64,000 bases of DNA from Nitrospira japonica (GTDB lineage Bacteria > Nitrospirota > Thermodesulfovibrionia > UBA6902), in NCBI GenBank assembly GCA_020723105.1, contig DYJL01000008.1, positions 10,564 through 74,563 of the forward strand. Direction: 5' to 3'. Within the stretch, counting starts at the first letter, position 1. Each line of letters starts with the position of its first letter. Below, in pieces: positions 46,331 to 55,895 of this stretch. The notes beneath the pieces are model-generated. The model did not search any database and had not been told where the DNA came from. It saw only the letters and a program-made list of their open reading frames with translations. The translations under genes were made by a program, and so were the position numbers.

Positions 46331-47041
46331 ATGTTAGGCTTCTATACAATGGGGATTTTGCAAAACCTCGCAACGGTTCAGGAAAGAATTAATAGTGCAG
46401 CTATTAAAGCTAATAGAAATCCTCAGGACATAAAACTTATAGCTGTCACCAAGACAGTTGACTTGCCGGAAATTATTGAAGCAGTAAAGGCAGGTATATT
46501 GATTTTAGGTGAAAGCAGGGTGCAGGAAGCGCAGAGAAAAGTTGCAAGTTACAAGGTGCAAGGGGTAAGTGAAAGAATTGAGTGGCATTTGGTCGGGAAT
46601 TTACAGAAAAATAAGGTTAAAAATGCCATTCAGTTGTTTGATCTGATACACTCGATTGATTCAATATCATTGGCAGAAGAAATAAATACGCAGGCAAAAA
46701 AGATAAACAAGACACAAAGAGTTCTTGTTCAGGTAAAGATCTCGAAAAAAGAAACAAAACGTGGAGCAGATGAAAAGGACTTAATGGCATTGGTTACGGA
46801 AATTACTGAAACGTCCAACCTCAAACTTGAAGGACTGATGACTATTCCGCCATATTTTGAAGATGCGGAACAAGCAAGGCCCTATTTCAGGAGATTGAGA
46901 GAGTTAAGAGACGAAGCGGAGATGGCAGGGTTTAAACTACCGGAGCTTTCAATGGGAATGTCGAATGATTTTGAAATAGCAATAGAAGAAGGCGCGACAA
47001 TGGTAAGAATCGGAACCGCGATATTCGGGGAGAGGAAATAA
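46331..47041 (+). CDS. yggS: YggS-family PLP-binding protein (PLP homeostasis)
   Basis: The alanine racemase N-terminal-like fold is present: IKLIAVTKTV, HLVGNLQKNK and TIPPY. Confidence 0.85.
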   Translation: MLGFYTMGILQNLATVQERINSAAIKANRNPQDIKLIAVTKTVDLPEIIEAVKAGILILGESRVQEAQRKVASYKVQGVSERIEWHLVGNLQKNKVKNAIQLFDLIHSIDSISLAEEINTQAKKINKTQRVLVQVKISKKETKRGADEKDLMALVTEITETSNLKLEGLMTIPPYFEDAEQARPYFRRLRELRDEAEMAGFKLPELSMGMSNDFEIAIEEGATMVRIGTAIFGERK

Positions 47042-47841
47042 TGAAAATAGGTTTTATCGGCGGTGGTAACATGGCAGAGGCCCTTATAAAAGGGATAAGG
47101 GACAAGGGACAAGGGGTAAGAGAAAATATCTTTGTGTCGGAACCGAGGGATGACAGACGAAGATATTTAGAGCAAACACACGGGATAAAAACAACATCAT
47201 CCAACAAAGAGGTAGCATATTCATGTAATATAATAATCCTTGCTGTCAAGCCGCAGAATATGGAAGCTGTGCTTGATGAAATTAGTCCGGATATTACTGT
47301 AGAGAAGACCGTGGTTTCAATCGCCGCGGGCATTACGCTGGCATATTTATCATCAAAGCTGAAGACTAAAAAACTGATAAGGATTATGCCCAACACTCCT
47401 GCGCTTGTTCAGAAGGGGATGTCAGTCATGTCTCTTTGTGAATGTTTTTCTGATAATGATATATTGGTTGTGAGAGAAATTTTTATGTCAGTAGGCGAAG
47501 TTCTCACCCTGCCAGAGAAGTATATGGATGCTGTGACTGCTGTTTCTGGGAGCGGCCCTGCTTTTATTGCTTTTTTTATTGAAGCGATGATAGAAGCTGG
47601 GGTAAAATTAGGCCTTAGTGAAGAGAATGCATTTACCCTTGCGGTGCAGACTACAGTTGGCACAGCAAGATTATTGGAAACAGGAATGCCACCATCAAAG
47701 CTCAGAGAAATGGTAACATCACCCGGAGGCACTACCGCAGCAGGATTGAAAGCGTTTGACGATAAAGGATTTAAAAAAATTGTGTCAGATGCAATAATGG
47801 CAGCAAAAAACAGGGCTGAAGAGTTAGGGAGAAAGGAATAA
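47041..47841 (+). CDS. proC: Pyrroline-5-carboxylate reductase
   Basis: The NADP-binding N-terminus IGFIGGGNMAEAL and the ProC C-terminal dimerisation region (SPGGTTAAGL) are present. Confidence 0.85.
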   Translation: MKIGFIGGGNMAEALIKGIRDKGQGVRENIFVSEPRDDRRRYLEQTHGIKTTSSNKEVAYSCNIIILAVKPQNMEAVLDEISPDITVEKTVVSIAAGITLAYLSSKLKTKKLIRIMPNTPALVQKGMSVMSLCECFSDNDILVVREIFMSVGEVLTLPEKYMDAVTAVSGSGPAFIAFFIEAMIEAGVKLGLSEENAFTLAVQTTVGTARLLETGMPPSKLREMVTSPGGTTAAGLKAFDDKGFKKIVSDAIMAAKNRAEELGRKE

Positions 47842-48146
47842 TGTTTGTCTTTGGAGATTTGATAATATCAATTGCAAAAATTATTGATATGCTGCTTGAT
47901 ATCTACAAGTGGATTATAATTATTTCAGCGCTTATAAGCTGGGTTAATCCGGATCCTTATAATCCTATCGTACGGTTTCTTCATACAGTTACAGATCCGG
48001 TATTGAGGCCTGTCAGGCGGTTCATTGGTTACAGACTTGGGCCCCTTGATATTTCACCTCTCGTCGTGATAGTCGCTATTATATTCGTGCAATCATTTTT
48101 GATAAAGACTTTAATAAAAATTGGTTTTCGGTTTGGAGGAGGATAA
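47841..48146 (+). CDS. yggT: YggT-family membrane protein
   Basis: A 101-aa protein with 2 TMs and the conserved YggT motif WVNPDPYNPIVRFLHTVTDPVLRPVRR. Confidence 0.7.
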   Translation: MFVFGDLIISIAKIIDMLLDIYKWIIIISALISWVNPDPYNPIVRFLHTVTDPVLRPVRRFIGYRLGPLDISPLVVIVAIIFVQSFLIKTLIKIGFRFGGG

Positions 48147-48147
48147 C

Positions 48148-48621
48148 ATGAGAATAACGCCGCTTGATATTCAGCAAAAACAGTTTTCAACGAGGTTCAG
48201 AGGTTTTGACATGGAAGAAGTGGATTCATTCCTCGAACTCATCAGGGAGGAAATGGAAGAACTGCTGAGAGAAAATGCCAATCTGAGAGAAGAAGCCAGG
48301 AGATACGAAAAACAATTAAAAGAATATAAAAATATTGAGACTACACTGAAAGACACGCTTGTCAGCACACAGCAAATGGTAGAAGAATACAGAAATACCG
48401 CAAAAAAGGAAGCAGAGCTTATTATAAAGGAAACTGAATTAAAGGCAGATGATATGTTAAGAGAAGCTCAGGAAAAAGTTATAAAAATTCACGAAGATAT
48501 TACAGACCTGAAGGGAGTCAGGAGGCATTTCAAAGAGGAGTTGACAAGGCTGATAGAGAGTCATCTCAGAATGATGGAATTCGATAAAGAACGCGAGGCA
48601 GAAACGCCAAATGAAATATAA
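48148..48621 (+). CDS. divIVA: DivIVA-domain protein
   Basis: The canonical N-terminus is MRITPLDIQQKQFSTRFRGFDMEEVDSFLELIREE, followed by a coiled coil. Confidence 0.8.
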   Translation: MRITPLDIQQKQFSTRFRGFDMEEVDSFLELIREEMEELLRENANLREEARRYEKQLKEYKNIETTLKDTLVSTQQMVEEYRNTAKKEAELIIKETELKADDMLREAQEKVIKIHEDITDLKGVRRHFKEELTRLIESHLRMMEFDKEREAETPNEI

Positions 48622-49861
48622 GACGCTGAAAGGCCTCCAGGATATTTTGCCGCCTGATATTCTGATCTGGCAGCATATCGAAACAATATCAAGAGATATC
48701 TTCAAGATATACGGCTATCAGGAAATAAGACTTCCCATACTCGAATCTACTGACATTTTTATCAGAAGCATTGGTGAAACTTCTGATATTGTAGAAAAAG
48801 AAATGTATACATTCCAGGATAAAGGCGGCCGCAGTATAACGTTACGACCCGAGGGAACAGCATCTTTTGTAAGAGCCTATGTCGAACATCATCTATATAA
48901 CAATGCGGTTCCCCAAAAATACTACTATATGGGCCCGATGTTCCGCTACGAAAGGCCACAGGCTTATAGATACAGACAGTTCTATCAGATAGGAGCCGAG
49001 GCTATGGGTATTGAAGATCCAAAACTTGATGCTGAGTTAATCTCCATGCTTGCAAGAATTCTTAATGGTGCGGGCCTTGAAAATCTTAATTTTGAAATAA
49101 CATCAATAGGCTGCAAGCATTGCCGTCCTGCTTACAAAAATGCACTTAAGAACTTTTTACAAAGCAAATTGAACGGGTTCTGCGGCGATTGTCAGAGACG
49201 CTTTGAAATCAATCCGTTAAGAATACTTGATTGCAAGGTCCCTGATTGCATTGCATCAAGACACGGTTCTCCACCCGTGATAGATTATCTCTGTGAGGAA
49301 TGCAAAGGCCATTTTGACGGTCTTAAACATTATCTTAAAATGCTTAGAGTCCCTCATACCATTAACCCCAATCTCGTCAGGGGACTGGATTATTACACGA
49401 AAACGGCCTTTGAAGTAACCAGCGAGTCTCTGGGAAGCCAGAAAGCTGTGGCAGCAGGCGGACGATATGACGGACTTGTAAATGAATTTGGAGGGCCGCC
49501 AGCTCCAGGGATTGGCTTTGCCATAGGCATGGAACGGATTGTCCCGCTTATAAAAGATTCTCTGAAGAAGTCTGAATATCCTGACCTTTTTATATGTCCT
49601 ATTGGTCCGGAAGAATCTGAGGAAGCTCTAATCCTTGCTGAGCAATTACGCGAAAACGGACTGTGGATTGAGATTAATTACGACAAATCTTCCCTTAAAA
49701 GCCAGATGCGCAAAGCAGGCCGACTCGGTGCAAGAAACGTCATTGTTCTTGGTGAGGATGAGTTAAAAAAAAGAGAAGTTGTGGTTAAAGACATGATGAG
49801 TGGGACAGAAGTAAAAACTTCCATTGATATACAGGAATTGATAAAGGCAATTAAAGCATGA
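48611..49861 (+). CDS. hisS: Histidyl-tRNA synthetase
   Basis: Class II aaRS motifs and HisS signatures are present (YRYERPQAYRYRQFYQIGAE, GGRYDGL). Confidence 0.9.
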   Translation: MKYKTLKGLQDILPPDILIWQHIETISRDIFKIYGYQEIRLPILESTDIFIRSIGETSDIVEKEMYTFQDKGGRSITLRPEGTASFVRAYVEHHLYNNAVPQKYYYMGPMFRYERPQAYRYRQFYQIGAEAMGIEDPKLDAELISMLARILNGAGLENLNFEITSIGCKHCRPAYKNALKNFLQSKLNGFCGDCQRRFEINPLRILDCKVPDCIASRHGSPPVIDYLCEECKGHFDGLKHYLKMLRVPHTINPNLVRGLDYYTKTAFEVTSESLGSQKAVAAGGRYDGLVNEFGGPPAPGIGFAIGMERIVPLIKDSLKKSEYPDLFICPIGPEESEEALILAEQLRENGLWIEINYDKSSLKSQMRKAGRLGARNVIVLGEDELKKREVVVKDMMSGTEVKTSIDIQELIKAIKA

Positions 49862-49884
49862 GATTTTAAGAACAGGCATAAACC

Positions 49885-50565
49885 ATGGATAACTTCATTG
49901 AAAATTGCACTGGCGTGATTCTCGCAGGCGGTGAGAATAAAAGAATGCCCGTATTGAAAGGTTTTATTGAGGTTGAGGGGAAGAGAATTATAGAGAGAAA
50001 TCTTGAGACGATGAAACAACTTTTTCACGAGGTTTTCATTGTCACCAACCAGCCTGAGCTTTATTCATATCTTGGGGTTTCTCTGTTAGGTGATATTTAC
50101 AATATACGAGGTCCAATGACGGGTATATTTACTGCATTGCTGAATTCTTCAACTCCCTGGATATTTGTATCTGCATGTGACATGCCGTTTCTAAACGCAG
50201 AACTTATCAGAGCTATGGCTTCGTTTCTGAAATATAAAGCGAACAGATATAGTATTGTTGTGCCAGCTTACCATAAGCATGCTGAGCCGCTTTTTGCATT
50301 TTATTCAAAATCAATTTTAACTTCTTTGGAACATCTTATTTTAACTGGCAATAAAAGCATAAATGATTTTTTACTTAATTGTGAAAAAAGTGTAAAATAT
50401 ATAACAAAGGCTGAAGTCAAACATATTGAGAATGATGCAAGGTCTTTTATTAACCTCAATACGCCGGAGGACGTTAGTTTATATTTACAGCCTGAGGACA
50501 GGTTGAAATTTAAAAAAGGACTAATAAGGAGGAAAAAATGTTCGGACTTGGAACAACAGAACTGA
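49885..50565 (+). CDS. MobA-like molybdenum cofactor guanylyltransferase (NTP-transferase fold)
   Basis: The N-terminal motif GVILAGGENKRM and overall size fit MobA. Confidence 0.6.
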   Translation: MDNFIENCTGVILAGGENKRMPVLKGFIEVEGKRIIERNLETMKQLFHEVFIVTNQPELYSYLGVSLLGDIYNIRGPMTGIFTALLNSSTPWIFVSACDMPFLNAELIRAMASFLKYKANRYSIVVPAYHKHAEPLFAFYSKSILTSLEHLILTGNKSINDFLLNCEKSVKYITKAEVKHIENDARSFINLNTPEDVSLYLQPEDRLKFKKGLIRRKKCSDLEQQN

Positions 50566-50744
50566 TAATAATTTTGGTAATTATAGTAATACTTTTTGGC
50601 TCAACCAGATTGCCACAGATTGGTAAAGGAATAGGGGAAGCTATAAAAAACTTCAAAAAATCATCTTCTGCAGTTGATGAAATTGATGTTACTCCTGAAA
50701 AAAAAGCTGAAGGATCTGAGGCAAGTAAAGAAAGTAAGTCATAA
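50538..50744 (+). CDS. tatA: Twin-arginine translocase subunit TatA/E
   Basis: MFGLGTTELIIILVIIVILFGSTRLPQIGKGIGEAIKNFKK gives a TM and amphipathic helix typical of TatA. Confidence 0.8.
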   Translation: MFGLGTTELIIILVIIVILFGSTRLPQIGKGIGEAIKNFKKSSSAVDEIDVTPEKKAEGSEASKESKS

Positions 50745-51833
50745 GTGGAATTGCAGAACACTTTTGCTGAAGTTGACCTCAAAGCCCTCTCTTGCAACCT
50801 GAGAGTTGTCAAAAAAAAAACCGGCAATAAAAGCATAATAGCCGTTGTGAAGGCTAATGCTTATGGGCATGGTGCAGCAGAAGTCTCAAAATATTTAATT
50901 AAACACGGCGTTTCAAACCTTGGAGTTGCATTCACAAACGAGGCTATTCAGCTCAGAGAAGCAGGAATTACCAATCCTATACTTGTATTCTTCGACAGGA
51001 ACCATATTGAAGAGTATTTCAATTTTAATCTCACGCCTGTTGTCTTTGATTTAAATACCGCTGTTAAATTTTCTAAGGAAGCAGGCAGGCGCAACTGCAA
51101 GATAGCTATACATATCAAAATTGATACAGGGATGGGACGCGTTGGATTTACTCTTGATAGGGCATTAGTCGAAATTCCCAAAATAGCCAGCCTGAAAAAC
51201 ATATTTCTTGAAGGGCTTATGAGCCATTTCTCAGACGCAGACCTGCAGGACAAAGAATTTGCCAATCAGCAATTGAAAAAATTCCTTTTACTCAAAGAAA
51301 ATCTGAACCAAAAAAAAATTGCTTTCAAATACACTCATATCGCTAACAGTGCTGCGGTGTTAACTATGCCGAATGCGCACCTCAACATGGTGAGGCCCGG
51401 TATCATGCTTTACGGTTATGATGCAGATAATCTCAAACCCGCATTAAGCCTTAAAAGCAGAATTTTACTGATTAAGAAAGTCCCTTCCGGCACCCCAATA
51501 AGTTATGCAAGAACCTTTATAACAAAAAGAAAAAGTGTCATAGCGACAATTCCTGTCGGCTATGCTGACGGATACAACAGAAAACTCTCAAACAACGGAG
51601 AAGTGCTTATTAATGGGAAGCGGGCTCCTGTTATAGGCAGAGTCTGTATGGATACCATAATGGTTGATGTAACAGATATATCCGGTGTGAACATGGATTC
51701 CGAAGTAGTATTAATAGGTTGTCAGGGAAAAGAAAAGATTACTGCAGTAGATGTTGCAAGCAGGACCGGCACAATTCCTTATGAAGTACTAACAGCTATA
51801 GGACAGAGAGTTAAAAGGGGGTATAGATACTAA
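50745..51833 (+). CDS. alr: Alanine racemase
   Basis: GTG start. The PLP-Lys motif AVVKANAYGHGA and the C-terminal beta domain are present. Confidence 0.85.
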   Translation: MELQNTFAEVDLKALSCNLRVVKKKTGNKSIIAVVKANAYGHGAAEVSKYLIKHGVSNLGVAFTNEAIQLREAGITNPILVFFDRNHIEEYFNFNLTPVVFDLNTAVKFSKEAGRRNCKIAIHIKIDTGMGRVGFTLDRALVEIPKIASLKNIFLEGLMSHFSDADLQDKEFANQQLKKFLLLKENLNQKKIAFKYTHIANSAAVLTMPNAHLNMVRPGIMLYGYDADNLKPALSLKSRILLIKKVPSGTPISYARTFITKRKSVIATIPVGYADGYNRKLSNNGEVLINGKRAPVIGRVCMDTIMVDVTDISGVNMDSEVVLIGCQGKEKITAVDVASRTGTIPYEVLTAIGQRVKRGYRY

Positions 51834-53464
51834 GAAGCAGACACGACATCTCTGCTAATTTCTTTTATTAAAGTTATTTTTGTTCCGCTCATTATATTTT
51901 CTACAGTTAAGTTATCGAGGTATGTCCTTAGGCGTATATCATCGTTGCCTGACAAGACAAAGTTTTTCTGCGGTATTGTAATTTCTGTTAAAAAAACATT
52001 ATCCTTTAACTTGAATAATAAATGATAGTCTTCGAGACCAGTTTCAACAGTTTTAATGGCATTTGCAAATAAGTCGGTTAGCGCTATTTGCAATGGACCG
52101 ATAACGTCTGGAGGAATATTGAAATTTTCAGCAATATGTTCAATAGTTTTAACAGCCACGAGTTCAGCTTTTGTTGTAGCCGGAATTGTTATATTAAAAG
52201 ATGGTGTTTTGTGAAGACCCGAACATTGGTATTTCTCTCCTATTATTGCATCCTTGATACTATTCCAGGGTGCTTTCTCAATTTCTCTGAAATATAACCC
52301 TTTAATTACATCAATTAATACATTATCGTCAGCGGGTTTAAGTTCACTGAATCCTGTTTCAACAGTTCCGGAAGCCTGTAGAAGGTTTATTATATTTTCA
52401 ATTTCTTCTTGTCGGATGGATAAACTCTCAGATGGAGTCAATAAAACAGCATTAGAACGGTCCTGATAGAGTTGGTAGAGAAAAATGAGGGAAGGTTTTC
52501 TCAGATCAAAATGAGGTACATATGTTTTTAAAATTGAAGTCCAATACATAAATGTCTTGCCTTTTGTAACTTCACTAAGATATATCAGCCAGAAGTTGTC
52601 TTCAGAAAGGACCTTTGATGCTTGCCTTGCAGAGTGAATATAATTTTTTATATAAAAAGGATTTCCATGGAATAGTTCAATGTAATCAAACAGATTTACC
52701 TTTATATTTAATCCAAAAGCCTGACAAGATGTTGTAAATAACTTAAGAGAATCCTCACGCGCAAGCCCTGTAAGGTTAAATAATTCCAGATATTCACCGA
52801 ATAAGGAATCTTCAAAAAACATTTTGTTGAGTTCAGCCTGATATCCCGAGAAAATGTGAGGAGTATAGGGGGACTTTACAGAACTTTCAAATAACATCCA
52901 AAAATTCGAGTTATTGTTTGTTGTGTTTATTTCACAGAACTTTCGCATTTTATGAAAATCATCTATCATGGCGACCACTGGAATGCCTGTCGTAAGATAA
53001 CTGCGGGATGGAGCTGATATGGCAAATAAAAACAAATTTAACGGGTCCGAGTTTTTCTTAACTTCCAAAAAGCTGTTCATAGCATCAATAATCCATTGCA
53101 CGCCTGATTCTTTTGCAAGAAGGACTATATCTTCCAGTGAATAGATGCATGCATTCATCATTGAAATATCTTTTTTCAGGAAGGCAAGGCTTTGAACTAT
53201 AAAAGTGCAGAAATAATCTTTTGAAATATTTTCTATAGAAGTAAAGGCAGTCTTGATTGTATAGAAGAACGGAATAACTTCATTTTGGCTGGTAAAGAGA
53301 TGATAAAACGTTTGTCTTAGAATCTCTGTCTTGCCAATTCCATTTCTTCCGGAAAGAAAAATCCCGGTGGCATTGCCGGACAGTGCCTCTGAATGGATAT
53401 TCCTGAGAATCTCAAGCTCATTATCCCTTCCAAAAAAATTCTTTATAGTAAGCTGTGAATACAT
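51830..53464 (-). CDS. P-loop NTPase (AAA_16/Arch_ATPase-like) fused to putative GHKL-type ATPase domain
   Basis: The N-terminus has FFGRDNELEILRN followed by Walker A GRNGIGKT. The C-terminus LQIALTDLFANAIKT...GLEDYHLLFKLKD resembles an RsbW/anti-sigma-type GHKL N-box. It is co-directional with, and downstream of, the GGDEF gene. Confidence 0.5.
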   Translation of the reverse strand: MYSQLTIKNFFGRDNELEILRNIHSEALSGNATGIFLSGRNGIGKTEILRQTFYHLFTSQNEVIPFFYTIKTAFTSIENISKDYFCTFIVQSLAFLKKDISMMNACIYSLEDIVLLAKESGVQWIIDAMNSFLEVKKNSDPLNLFLFAISAPSRSYLTTGIPVVAMIDDFHKMRKFCEINTTNNNSNFWMLFESSVKSPYTPHIFSGYQAELNKMFFEDSLFGEYLELFNLTGLAREDSLKLFTTSCQAFGLNIKVNLFDYIELFHGNPFYIKNYIHSARQASKVLSEDNFWLIYLSEVTKGKTFMYWTSILKTYVPHFDLRKPSLIFLYQLYQDRSNAVLLTPSESLSIRQEEIENIINLLQASGTVETGFSELKPADDNVLIDVIKGLYFREIEKAPWNSIKDAIIGEKYQCSGLHKTPSFNITIPATTKAELVAVKTIEHIAENFNIPPDVIGPLQIALTDLFANAIKTVETGLEDYHLLFKLKDNVFLTEITIPQKNFVLSGNDDIRLRTYLDNLTVENIMSGTKITLIKEISRDVVSAS

Positions 53465-53550
53465 AGTAAATTAAAGTTAAAAGTTAAAAATATAAAACTA
53501 ATATGGTAATTGTCTTAAGAACATTTTCTCCATAGTTCTGATTGTTAACC

Positions 53551-55590
53551 CTATAAATAAACCACCTTGTTTCCCCCTCCTCTTTTGGCAAGATAGAGCG
53601 CTTGATCAGTTTTTTCAAGGAGTTCTCCAACAGAAGATGCATCATCCGGATAGGTAGCGAGCCCCATGCTGACGGTCAGGGGCATTTCTAATAATTCTTG
53701 TTGCAGGGCTTTATCAATCTTCTCCTTCAGCCGGTTCGTGATATGTATTGCATCGGGTTTTGCAGTTTGAGGAAATATGGCGACAAACTCATCACCACCG
53801 AATCTTGCAGCAATATCAACATTTCTCAGTGATTTTTCCATGATAATTGCTAAAGCTTTTATAAGCCTGTCACCGGTAATATGCCCGAAGGTATCGTTAT
53901 ACTCTTTGAACTTATCTAAATCAAGCATCATGAAACTAAAAGGATGCTTATATCTATTGTAGCGGGTAATCTCTTCAGTAAGTCTGGTGTTAAGATAACG
54001 CCTGTTGTAAATACCTGTTAATGGGTCTGTTATTGATAATTGTTTTAATTCTTCGGACTGCCTGTATAAAAGACTTCTTTCAATTGCAATTGCAGCGTTG
54101 TTGACAAAAGACTGCAATAGTTTTAAGTCTTCTTCAGTGAACGCATCGCCTTTGATTTTATCTGATACATTAAGTACCCCCGTTACCCGGTCGTCAATTC
54201 TTATCAGTATAGTGATAAACGACTTTGTTTTGTAACGTGGTCTGTTTTCACGTTTTACTCTTGGGTCTTTTTCAATATCATTTACGAGAAGAGGTTCTCC
54301 CCTGTCAAGAACTATTCCCGCTATGCTCTCTTCCTTTTTAAGCCTCATCCTTTCCTGTACGGCTTCATCTGGACTCTTTTGAGCTTCCACTACAAGTTCA
54401 GAGGTTTCTTTATCCAGAAGCATGAGAGACGCCTTCTCAGCATTAAGAAGTTGTAAAGATTTTTCAATAAGAACATTAAACAGTTTTTCTTTGTTCAGAA
54501 CTGATATTATGGAATTGGAAAAATCTGCAAAATATGCCAATCTTTCGTCTGCCTCCTTAAACTTCTTTGCAGAAAAACGCAGATTTTGATTTTCAGAGTG
54601 AAGCTGCAGATAATCCCTAAAAGCGCTCATTATTTTTAAATCTTCTTTTGAAAGAAGCCGGTCAAAAATCCCAATAATTTTCCCAATCGTATCACCAAAA
54701 AAAATCGGGAAAAAATAAAAATTTGCAACCTCTTTGAACGAAGTTTCGGGTATAAGTTTTTCTGCGTTAACAGAAGATATATATGATTTTGTATGATACA
54801 TCTCTTGAATAAAAGGGTTCCCTGCATTAAGGCGCAGCTCTGCAAGAGCATCCTTAAGTTTGCCGATACTGTAGGAATTGTTATATGTCAGACTATCACT
54901 ATTAAACACCATTAACGTGGCTGATGTGTTGCCAAAAATAAACTCAACAGTATCTAATATATATCTGTGCAATAATTCCGGATTTCTTGATAACGTCTTA
55001 AAGGTATCACTGTCGAAAAGCGACATAACACGGAAGAATTTTTCTTCAAGTCTGTATCTCTCATCATAATTCAATAATAACCGGTTTATCGTCAGAAAAA
55101 CATATTGCGCAATTGTCTTTGCATGATCTTCTCCTGTGAAATGCAGTGCAATAGCAGATGGAACAGGAGAAAGGTTGTTTGCTTTAACCAACTTCAAGTA
55201 TTTATGCAGATCTTCATAAGAAGCGAAACCCTCTCTTCCCCCTATATATACCTTTTCGCCAAACCGTTCAATGGAGAAGGCAAAATTTATTATTCCAGCG
55301 TCACATTTAAATACTGAAATTTCTTCTGTCTGCAAAGATTCAGCCATTATTTTTTTGCATGAATCAGGACATCTTACACTATCTATCTTTGCTGATTCTA
55401 TTAACTTACAAAAAGGATTCTCTTTGGTAAAAAATAATTCTTCATTGTCTCCACATACGTACAAGTTAAAATTAATTGTTTTTGATAGAACAGTTAAGTA
55501 GTCTGTCCACTCTTTTGAGGATAAAAATTGTGAAAGTGTTTTAGTAATCATTATTGTAATTGATATGTTAAGCAATAACTGCCAGCTCAA
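53551..55590 (-). CDS. Diguanylate cyclase with N-terminal Cys-rich sensor region and GAF domain
   Basis: The GGDEF active site RFGGDEF and the I-site RxxD region are present. A GAF-like middle domain precedes it. The N-terminal ~110 aa contain 5 Cys (CGDNE, CKLIE, CPDSC, CDAG). Confidence 0.8.
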   Translation of the reverse strand: MSWQLLLNISITIMITKTLSQFLSSKEWTDYLTVLSKTINFNLYVCGDNEELFFTKENPFCKLIESAKIDSVRCPDSCKKIMAESLQTEEISVFKCDAGIINFAFSIERFGEKVYIGGREGFASYEDLHKYLKLVKANNLSPVPSAIALHFTGEDHAKTIAQYVFLTINRLLLNYDERYRLEEKFFRVMSLFDSDTFKTLSRNPELLHRYILDTVEFIFGNTSATLMVFNSDSLTYNNSYSIGKLKDALAELRLNAGNPFIQEMYHTKSYISSVNAEKLIPETSFKEVANFYFFPIFFGDTIGKIIGIFDRLLSKEDLKIMSAFRDYLQLHSENQNLRFSAKKFKEADERLAYFADFSNSIISVLNKEKLFNVLIEKSLQLLNAEKASLMLLDKETSELVVEAQKSPDEAVQERMRLKKEESIAGIVLDRGEPLLVNDIEKDPRVKRENRPRYKTKSFITILIRIDDRVTGVLNVSDKIKGDAFTEEDLKLLQSFVNNAAIAIERSLLYRQSEELKQLSITDPLTGIYNRRYLNTRLTEEITRYNRYKHPFSFMMLDLDKFKEYNDTFGHITGDRLIKALAIIMEKSLRNVDIAARFGGDEFVAIFPQTAKPDAIHITNRLKEKIDKALQQELLEMPLTVSMGLATYPDDASSVGELLEKTDQALYLAKRGGGNKVVYL

Positions 55591-55895
55591 TCTCTTAACA
55601 TTCTACACCCCTTCTTTGCTATGCAATAAACAAGCCAAAAGTTAACATATTGAAATAATTAGTTTTTTTCATTTAAGGTACAACAAAACATGTAAAAAAT
55701 AGCGACATATTTTCAGCAGGAAAATTAAATTATTGTTTGAAATTATATAGTTTAGCTCTGTTAACTTATTTTACATTAATTAACTCTAATTATAAATAGG
55801 CAATTTGAAGCCATTAACAAGAAAAAATAACATGTCATAAAAAATAAAGTCTATCGCGGTAATTATCATGACCAAAAAAGCAGAATCACCAGGGA

